Shown piece by piece: positions 47,417 through 54,991 of a DNA stretch of 64,000 bases. The DNA lies in NCBI GenBank assembly GCA_026394075.1, contig JAPKYX010000193.1, positions 3,053-67,052 on the forward strand. Direction: 5' to 3'. The position numbers were made by a program, and so were the translations under genes. Source of the DNA: Acidobacteriota bacterium (GTDB taxonomy: Bacteria > Acidobacteriota > Terriglobia > Bryobacterales > Bryobacteraceae). Below the pieces are notes generated by a model, which was not told the DNA's origin, did not search any database, and saw only the letters and a list, made by a program, of their open reading frames with translations. Position 1 is the stretch's first letter. The number at the start of each line of letters is the position of its first letter.

Positions 47417-48727
47417 TCAAACGGCGGGATAGACTTTGCGGATCGCCTTCACGATGTCGCCCACGTCCTGCCGGGTGAACTTCGGATCGATCAACACACC
47501 GCCAAACCGCTGCAGGATATCGAGGGTGTGCGGGCAGGAACCAGGTCCGTACTGAATGCTCCGGCCGCGCGCCGATTGGAAGCTGGGCCAATTGGGGTGA
47601 GTGGCCTTGGCCATAATGTGCGGCAGCGTCGGCAAAACAACGGACCCTCCCGGTTTGCTGGCCGCAACATTCTCGGCTTTCATGGCGGCAAGAAACCGGT
47701 CACACCGCGCCTTGGTGGCGAAGTCGATAAACACGCCCGTGCCCAGCTCTCCCTGGGGATCAGGCCGCGACCGGAACTTGACTCCCGGAAGGTCGCCAAT
47801 GCCGTCGTACACTGCGCGGGCGTTGGCTTGGGCCGCCCCGATAATGCGGTCCAGCTTGCGCAGCTGGGCCAGCAGCACGCCGCCCGAAAACTCGTTCATC
47901 CGGAAGTTGGTTCCAAAGTACCAATCCACCCGCGCGGCACCGGCCCATTGCTGGTGGGGCGCGCGGAAACCACCCAGGTCGTGAAAGCGGGCGGCGCGTT
48001 CAAACAGCACCGGGTCATTGGTGACCACCGCTCCACCTTCACCCGCCGTGATGGTCTTGTTTAGCTGCAAGCTATAGATCCCGATATCGCCGAACGAACC
48101 CACCGGCCGGCCCTGATACGAAGCGCCGACGCTCTGCGCGCAATCTTCCAGCACGCGCACGCCGTGCTTCTTGGCAATCGCCAAAATGCGCGTCATGTCG
48201 CACGGGTTGCCCTGCAGATGGACCGCCATGATCGCTTTGGTTTGCGGCGTGAGGTGACGCTCAATGGCGGCCGGGTCGATGTTAAATGACTCGTCAATCT
48301 CCACGCAGACCGGCAACGCTCCGGCGAGAATGATGGCATTGAAGCAGGAATGCCAAGTCCAGGCCGGCAGAATCACTTCGTCCCCCGGGCCGATGTTCAG
48401 TGCCGCCAGCGCGCATTGCAGCGCCGCAGTGCCGGACGTAACGCCCAAGGCAAACTTGGTTTGCATGCGCGCGGCGAACTCTTTTTCAAACTGCAGGACC
48501 TTCGCCGGAGTCTTAGCGCCATACCAGCGGAACGGTGACTGTGCATCCAGCACGTCCAGCAGCTCCGCCCGCTCCTTCTCGTCATAAAACTGCGTGCCCC
48601 AATAGCCCGCCCGCAAGGGCGTCGACCGGACGGGAGTGCCGCCATCGATGGCCGGCTTCTCATCGGGTGGCCCCGCCGCGGCCGTGGCGACAGCGGCGGT
48701 GGCAGCAACGAACTTCCGGCGTTTCAT
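47417..48727 (-). CDS. DegT/DnrJ/EryC1/StrS-family PLP aminotransferase with TAT leader
   Basis: MKRRKFVAATAAVATAAAG leader. Family blocks DEVILPAWTWHS and LQLNKTITAGEGG (Lys for PLP). The ORF-track N-extension was rejected. Confidence 0.8.
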   Translation of the reverse strand: MKRRKFVAATAAVATAAAGPPDEKPAIDGGTPVRSTPLRAGYWGTQFYDEKERAELLDVLDAQSPFRWYGAKTPAKVLQFEKEFAARMQTKFALGVTSGTAALQCALAALNIGPGDEVILPAWTWHSCFNAIILAGALPVCVEIDESFNIDPAAIERHLTPQTKAIMAVHLQGNPCDMTRILAIAKKHGVRVLEDCAQSVGASYQGRPVGSFGDIGIYSLQLNKTITAGEGGAVVTNDPVLFERAARFHDLGGFRAPHQQWAGAARVDWYFGTNFRMNEFSGGVLLAQLRKLDRIIGAAQANARAVYDGIGDLPGVKFRSRPDPQGELGTGVFIDFATKARCDRFLAAMKAENVAASKPGGSVVLPTLPHIMAKATHPNWPSFQSARGRSIQYGPGSCPHTLDILQRFGGVLIDPKFTRQDVGDIVKAIRKVYPAV

Positions 48728-48872
48728 ATGGGACTCCTGCGGACATAGTATTCCACCGGGCGCAGACAAAGGAACCCGCGAGCGCTGCGCCACCATTCGG
48801 ACTCGAATGGCTGGTGCGAAGTTCGGAAGCTTTGGGGATCGGCTGGGGTAAAATCGTGGGGGAGAAAATCTG

Positions 48873-49991
48873 ATGAATCGTGTATTCGGCCTGATGTGCG
48901 GCACTTTCCTGTCCACTGCCTTGCTGCTCGCACAGGCTCCTCCGGTGCCGCCCGCCGCGCCCAAGCCGCCCCGCCCTCAACCGCCGGCCCGCGACCCCAA
49001 CACGCCCGGGTACGTCAAGGCCAAGGAACTACCCGACGGTGCCGTGCCTTCCGCCAAACAGGACGGTAATTTCGTGATCGGACCCACGCATCCCGCCGCC
49101 CCGGAGCTGACGGTGAAGGAAGGCGTACCGCACGGCGATGTGTACGAGTTCACGATGGAATCCAAGGACAGCAAGATCTATCCCGGCATCGCCCGCCGCG
49201 CCGGAACGTTTGCGCAGCTCGACCCGCAAGATGCGCGAAAGGTGATCGTCGATAGTTACCCCAACCCTTACACGCGCAAAGTGGCGGTCTATGTGCCGAA
49301 GCAGTATCAGCCCGGTACGGTGGCACCCTTCATTGTGGGCGCGGACGGCCCGGACCGCATGTTGTTTACCGCCTTAGACAACCTGATCGCGGAAAAGCGC
49401 GTACCGGTGATGATTGCCATCTCGATCGGCAATGGCAGCGGCGATGCGCAGGGCAGCCAGCGTGGGTTGGAGTACGACACCATGTCGGGGCTCTACGCTG
49501 AGTTTGTCGAGAAAGAAGTGCTGCCGCTGGTGGAAGCGAAGTACAACGTGAAGCTGACCCGCGATCCCGACGCTCGGGCCACCATGGGGTGCAGTTCCGG
49601 CGCGTCCGCGGCGCTGAGCATGGCCTGGTACCGCACCGATCTGTACCACCGGGTGCTCAGCTATTCCGGCACCTACGTCTACCAGCAGTGGCCCTACAAC
49701 GACGCGACACCGCGCGGAGCCTGGGAGTACCACGACACCATCATTCCCAATAGCCCCAAGAAGCCGCTGCGTATCTGGATGCACGTCAGCGACAAAGATC
49801 TGCTGATCACCCGTGACGATTTTCACGACTGGGTGCTGGCCAATCAGCGCATGGCCCACGTGCTGACCGCCAAAGGCTATCCGTACCAGTTTGTGTTCGC
49901 CCGCAACGCCCTCCATTGCGACCGCGACGTGAAGGCCCAAACGCTTCCCCTGGCGCTCGAATACGTGTGGCAAGGCTACAAGGGCAAGTAA
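48873..49991 (+). CDS. Secreted esterase (enterochelin-esterase/esterase D-like putative esterase family)
   Basis: Signal peptide, GCSSGASAAL nucleophile context, and YPYQFVFARNALHC C-terminal block. Confidence 0.65.
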   Translation: MNRVFGLMCGTFLSTALLLAQAPPVPPAAPKPPRPQPPARDPNTPGYVKAKELPDGAVPSAKQDGNFVIGPTHPAAPELTVKEGVPHGDVYEFTMESKDSKIYPGIARRAGTFAQLDPQDARKVIVDSYPNPYTRKVAVYVPKQYQPGTVAPFIVGADGPDRMLFTALDNLIAEKRVPVMIAISIGNGSGDAQGSQRGLEYDTMSGLYAEFVEKEVLPLVEAKYNVKLTRDPDARATMGCSSGASAALSMAWYRTDLYHRVLSYSGTYVYQQWPYNDATPRGAWEYHDTIIPNSPKKPLRIWMHVSDKDLLITRDDFHDWVLANQRMAHVLTAKGYPYQFVFARNALHCDRDVKAQTLPLALEYVWQGYKGK

Positions 49992-50160
49992 ACGCCGTGG
50001 GTGCGGCAATTGTGACCTCCGGTGAAGAATCGCCGGATGACGCCGAATGAGGGCCCCGGTGCCGTGGCCTTCGGCCAGAATGACTCGTTACAGGCGAATC
50101 CCCCAAATATTCGTATCGCAATTGTGAAACGCAGGCCAGGGGAACTCGCACTATGCCGGT

Positions 50161-51303
50161 ATGAAGAAATTGCTACCGGTTATTTTAGTTCTGGCTGCGA
50201 AGGCACATGGGGCCTGGGTGATCGAGGACATCGCAACGGCGATCCAATACACCAACGGCTCTCCGAACCTGATCGGCAAGGAGATGGCGAGTGCCTATCG
50301 GGCCACCTACAGCGCCACCGGCGCCAAGACGGGCGAATACATTGCCATCGCCTATCGCAGCAAATACCTGTACATTACGCAGCGGCAGGGCACGGGCTGG
50401 AACGGACTCCGCTTTGATGACAATGGCCGTTATCCGTCCATCGTGCTGGATGGTGCGGGCAAGCCGCACATGTCCTATTGGCGCAGCAGCAACAACAAGC
50501 TCTACTATGCGCGCACCGTGGCGCAGGGGACCGGCAATTGCGGACCCAATGGAACCTGGGCCTGCGAAGAAATACCCACTACGATCTACGGGGCGCCAAT
50601 CGGACGAAGTGCCATCACGATTACCGGCAACAACAAGGTGCACATCCTGGTTGAAACCGCTTCGGCCAACCCTTCCTACCCGTCGAGAATCAGCCGGATC
50701 ACCAAGACGGTGGGCGCTGCGGGCTGGGACGGCACGGTGGATGAGATCACGATTTCCAAAGACTTGGCCGACATGAAGATCCGCATCGATCCCGGCGGCG
50801 GGACGCAGTTGCTGCTCAACTCGGAATACCTGGATTGGTATCGCCTGATCAATGGCGCGATGCAAGGCGTCGGGCCCCTGAACGGCGTGGGCGCATTCGA
50901 GTACACTTCTTCCTACAACCCCCGCGTCTGCTATCGCGATTTCACGCTCAACCGCCTGATCTATGCCCGGTCCAACGATTCGCAGTACTGGACGGAGACG
51001 GTGCTGGACTACGACATCGGCCCGTTGGGATCGTGCTCGATTGCCATTGCTCCCAGTAGCTCCGATGGCATCTTGCCGCCTCTCGGATTTTTCAATCCGC
51101 GGATTGCCTACTACGACGACGCCGGGGATCAAGTGAAGTACGCCACGATGCCGGTATTGTCCAACCAGCCCTGGAACGTTGAGACTGTCGCCGCCGCCGC
51201 CGGAACCCGGGTGATTGACCTTTATCTGGACAGACAGGGCCGCCCATCGATCATCTACTTTGACTCCGCCAGCCTGAAGCTGAAGCTCGCCAAGAGACCG
51301 TAG
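50161..51303 (+). CDS. Secreted hypothetical protein with repeated beta-propeller-like blades
   Basis: Signal peptide MKKLLPVILVLAAKAHG. Repeated ...P-x-(I/M/V)-x-Y-...-L-x-Y-A units (GKPHMSYWRSSNNKLYYA, NPRVCYRDFTLNRLIYA, NPRIAYYDDAGDQVKYA, GRPSIIYFDSASLKLKLA). Looks lower in GC than its neighbours. Confidence 0.65.
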   Translation: MKKLLPVILVLAAKAHGAWVIEDIATAIQYTNGSPNLIGKEMASAYRATYSATGAKTGEYIAIAYRSKYLYITQRQGTGWNGLRFDDNGRYPSIVLDGAGKPHMSYWRSSNNKLYYARTVAQGTGNCGPNGTWACEEIPTTIYGAPIGRSAITITGNNKVHILVETASANPSYPSRISRITKTVGAAGWDGTVDEITISKDLADMKIRIDPGGGTQLLLNSEYLDWYRLINGAMQGVGPLNGVGAFEYTSSYNPRVCYRDFTLNRLIYARSNDSQYWTETVLDYDIGPLGSCSIAIAPSSSDGILPPLGFFNPRIAYYDDAGDQVKYATMPVLSNQPWNVETVAAAAGTRVIDLYLDRQGRPSIIYFDSASLKLKLAKRP

Positions 51304-51371
51304 GCAGCATCATCGCGGGATTCAAGCTCCAATGCACCAAGTCAAGTCCTGGAGAGTATTGTTCTTTTCAC

Positions 51372-54300
51372 TTAGGTCTGGGCGGCCGAAGTCTCCTTGT
51401 TCGGGTTCACAGGATCCGGGCTCGCGTACGGCAAGTGTGACAGAACTTGCTGCAGGTTGAGAATACTGAAAACAAGCCTTGCGTTGGCAAACTGGTCGAG
51501 ATCCCGGCGGTTCGCCGTCTGAAGGGCGCGCCCACCGATTAGCATGGGCAGTTTCGGGAACGTGGTGTTCACCGACTCCAGCACGTGCAACAGTCCTGGA
51601 AGATGGGATGGAAGACTAAGGGTTAGGCACAACAGGTCGGGCTGAAATTGGCCAATCAGCTGAATCAGGTCTCCCGTCGGAGTATCGGCCCCCAGCAGAT
51701 GCGTCTTCCAGCCATAGCTATCCATTAGCTCGGCGACAATCTGGCCGCCCACCTGGTGCCTTTCCAAATCGGGACAGGCGATGATGGCGGTGCGGCCGTT
51801 GGGCGGTTGGTTGAATGCGGAGCGTCGTATCTCCGGAATCAGCCTTGTGACAATGTTAGTAGCTAGATGTTCGGCGGCGACGGAGATCTCTCCCGTTTCC
51901 CATAGCTTGCCGACTCGTTCGAGAGCGGCCTGAATGAGTCCGGCATAGAGTTCCTCCGGGCGCGCACCTCCCGCGATGAACTCCTGGACGAATGCGGAAC
52001 AACGGGCCAAGTCGCCCTGGAGAAGCCCCGTCACCAGCACTTCGACATCGTTGGCGTTGACCACGACCGATTCAATCTGGTCCGCACTTGTTTCGACGGT
52101 GGGAAGGAAGAGCCCCAACATCTCCACAAGTTCTTGGAACCGAAGCGGTTTCGCGAGATACTCGTCCATCCCTGCTTCCAGGCACTTCTGGCGATCCTCG
52201 GCCATCGCACCGGCGGTAAGCGCGACGATGGGCGTAGCGCGCGTGGGGTCTTCGTTGGCACGGATCTGGCGGGTGGCCGCAAATCCGTCCATGACGGGCA
52301 TATGGCAATCCATCAGGATGAGGTCGTAAGGGAGGGTGGCCGCCATGGCGCAGCCTTCCTCACCGTTGAACGCCAGATCGACAGTGCAGCCGGTCTTGGC
52401 CAGCAGCGCGGCGGCCACCTTTTGATTCACCACATTGTCTTCCACCAGCAGGATTCGGCGGCCGAGAAAACGACGGGACCGGTCGTCCGGCGCCGCTGGC
52501 TGAAGGACTGGAGCGGGGACACTCCTGGGCCGCCCCGGCAACAGCAGTGTCTCGAAAGTGGCGCGCAGCGTGGATTCGCGAACCGGTTTCAAGAGACGGG
52601 CATCAATCAAAGCGCCGTCAGCGTTTCCTTTCTTGCGGCCCTCGTCAGTGGCGGTGATCAAGACCAACGGTGGACATTCCCCGTCAAGGGTCTGGTGGAG
52701 CTGGAGCGCCGTCTCGCGCCCATCCATACCTGGCATTCGATGATCGAGGCAGATCAGCCGGTAAGGATCGCCATCTTCACGGGCCCGGGCGGCCAGGCGG
52801 AGTGCTGCTTCGCCGGAAGTGGATTGGTCTACCCGCATGCCCCAGCTGGCGCACATTTCGGCGGTGATCAGGCGGCAGACATCGTGGTCGTCGACCACCA
52901 GCACGCGAATACCATTGAACGCATCCGGTACTGACGCGGCAGAGCCGGCATGGAGCGGCAGCGGAATCTCAAAGAAGAACGTGGAGCCGTCTGCTTCTTC
53001 GCTGGCCACGTCCATGGTGCCGCCCATCATCTTGACCAGTTGGCTGGAGATGGCCAGGCCCAGCCCGGTACCCTCGTAGCGGCGCGTGGCGGAGGAGTCC
53101 AACTGCTGGAATCGCTGGAAGAGGGAGCCGCGCTTGTCGGCCGGGATGCCGATTCCGGTATCGGCGACCGCAATCCGGATGAGTGGGGCACCTGCCTGGC
53201 TTGACTTCTGCTCCACCTCCACCAGGACGTGGCCATGATCGGTAAATTTGATGGCGTTGGAGACCAGATTCAGCACTATTTGGCGGATGCGTCCGGGGTC
53301 ACCCAGGAATTCGCGGGGTGCGTCCTGCTGATAGTAGAGCATCAGCTCCAGGTGCTTCTGGCGCGCTTTAACCGCCATCAGATCCAGCACATCCTCCAAG
53401 GCCGCGTGCAGATCGAAGGGGACGATTTCCAGTTCGAGTTTGCCGGCTTCGACCTTGGAAAAGTCGAGGATGTCGTTTACGATCACCAGAAGCGCTTCGG
53501 CGGAGTTACGCACGGTTTCGGCGTAGCTGTGTTGCTCCGTGTTCAGCGGGGTGCCCAGCAGCAGGCCGGTCATTCCAATGATGCCGTTCATCGGAGTGCG
53601 GATTTCGTGGCTCATGGAGGAAAGGAAATCACTCTTCGTCTTGGATAGGGCACGGAGTTCATTCTCAACCCTCACCCTTTCCGTGATGTCCCAATTCGTG
53701 CCGACCATGCGTACGGGGCGGCCCGCGGCGTCGCGCTGCACAAAAGCGGTAGCGCGGATGTGATGGATGCTGCCATCGGGCCAGACCACCCTGAATTCAG
53801 TTTTGTAGTCATTCGCCTCAGCGATGGCGAGCCTGACTTCCGTTTCGCAACGCGTGCGGTCGTCCGGATGGAGTCCGGCCAGCCACGCGTCGTCGGCACC
53901 GCTGAACTGATCGGATCGAATCCCATAAAAGCGAAACAACTGTTCGTCCCACGTCAGCCGGTTGTTGACGATGTCCCAGTCCCAGATGCCCACGCCTCCG
54001 GCCTCTGTCGCCATCTTCAGTCGTTCGGCCGTCTCTCGCAGATGAGCCTCGGTAAGTTTCCTGCTGGTGATGTCTTCGGAGAAAATGATGAGGCCTTCCG
54101 GCTGACCATCCCGCTCCCCCCAGGGCACGACTTCCCATTGCAGCCAGTAGCTGCGCCCATTGGCACGCTCGAAGTAATCTTCGCCCGATCGCATCGCCTC
54201 GCCCTCGAGGCAGCGCCGATTGACTTCCTTCCAGCGCTCCGGGAGATCGGGGAAGATGTCGTAATGCGATTGCCCCAGCAGCGTTGAACGCTCCAGACCG

Positions 54301-54440
54301 TAGTCGGCGCACCACCGATCGGTGGCCTCGATGTAGTGCATGTCGCGATCAAACATCGCGACGGCCATCGGAGCGTCGTGTACGAACCTTTGCAACACGT
54401 GCTGCTGGGTTCGAAGCGTCTTTGGATCTGGAGGCTGCAT
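51372..54440 (-). CDS. Hybrid sensor histidine kinase: PAS x3, HisKA, HATPase_c, two receiver domains, C-terminal CarH-type B12-binding module
   Basis: H-box SHEIRTPMNGI; G-boxes DTGIGI and GTGLGLAIS. Receivers carry ICLDHRMPGMDG and LILMDCHMPVMDG. C-terminus has LWETGEISVAAEH (Wx9EH, 51867-51902) and ERHQVGG (His at 51756-51758). Confidence 0.85.
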   Translation of the reverse strand: MQPPDPKTLRTQQHVLQRFVHDAPMAVAMFDRDMHYIEATDRWCADYGLERSTLLGQSHYDIFPDLPERWKEVNRRCLEGEAMRSGEDYFERANGRSYWLQWEVVPWGERDGQPEGLIIFSEDITSRKLTEAHLRETAERLKMATEAGGVGIWDWDIVNNRLTWDEQLFRFYGIRSDQFSGADDAWLAGLHPDDRTRCETEVRLAIAEANDYKTEFRVVWPDGSIHHIRATAFVQRDAAGRPVRMVGTNWDITERVRVENELRALSKTKSDFLSSMSHEIRTPMNGIIGMTGLLLGTPLNTEQHSYAETVRNSAEALLVIVNDILDFSKVEAGKLELEIVPFDLHAALEDVLDLMAVKARQKHLELMLYYQQDAPREFLGDPGRIRQIVLNLVSNAIKFTDHGHVLVEVEQKSSQAGAPLIRIAVADTGIGIPADKRGSLFQRFQQLDSSATRRYEGTGLGLAISSQLVKMMGGTMDVASEEADGSTFFFEIPLPLHAGSAASVPDAFNGIRVLVVDDHDVCRLITAEMCASWGMRVDQSTSGEAALRLAARAREDGDPYRLICLDHRMPGMDGRETALQLHQTLDGECPPLVLITATDEGRKKGNADGALIDARLLKPVRESTLRATFETLLLPGRPRSVPAPVLQPAAPDDRSRRFLGRRILLVEDNVVNQKVAAALLAKTGCTVDLAFNGEEGCAMAATLPYDLILMDCHMPVMDGFAATRQIRANEDPTRATPIVALTAGAMAEDRQKCLEAGMDEYLAKPLRFQELVEMLGLFLPTVETSADQIESVVVNANDVEVLVTGLLQGDLARCSAFVQEFIAGGARPEELYAGLIQAALERVGKLWETGEISVAAEHLATNIVTRLIPEIRRSAFNQPPNGRTAIIACPDLERHQVGGQIVAELMDSYGWKTHLLGADTPTGDLIQLIGQFQPDLLCLTLSLPSHLPGLLHVLESVNTTFPKLPMLIGGRALQTANRRDLDQFANARLVFSILNLQQVLSHLPYASPDPVNPNKETSAAQT

Positions 54441-54991
54441 CTGTTGCCTACCCTTCGCTTGCCTGCTGATGACAACTTGCTTTTATCACACCTGCGCGGT
54501 CTCGATCATTAGTCTGAATGAGCCGCCTGTGTGACGCCGTCATTACGGCACTGCCAGCGACTGCTGCTGGCCGACTGTTCCTGAATCAGATCGGCCATAT
54601 CCGCCTGCGGTTTCAGCCCTATTCTTTGGGCATGCTCACGGTGCAGTGCGGGATCGACACGGCGGAGCATCTGCGCCGTAGGTTCCGCGTGATGGTTGCA
54701 GTGATGCCGGGGCGGCGGTCCTCCAGCCGAAAGACGTGCAAACAGGGAATTCCAGTATCTTTTAAAAGAGGATGATACAGGTCCGCTTTGACGTGTTGAT
54801 TCTGATAGAGATTGAAACTAAATTCATTGATTGTTAACGTTCACAATTTTCAGTGCTTGTGAAATTCTGCCTGCAGCTCAGCCCTCTTTCTCTCGATATG
54901 GTCAGTGGCGAGATTCGCTGGTCAGGCAGTGGGCGTCCTGGATGCACCATCGGTTGACCATCCCTTTGGTGGATGACGGGGAGATTGGCAG

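Noticed and set aside
54518-54775. 85-aa + strand ORF in the kinase/che intergenic region
   Set aside because: It has no ribosome-binding site and no recognisable motif, and its composition is Arg-rich. I kept it only as part of the long-leader observation.
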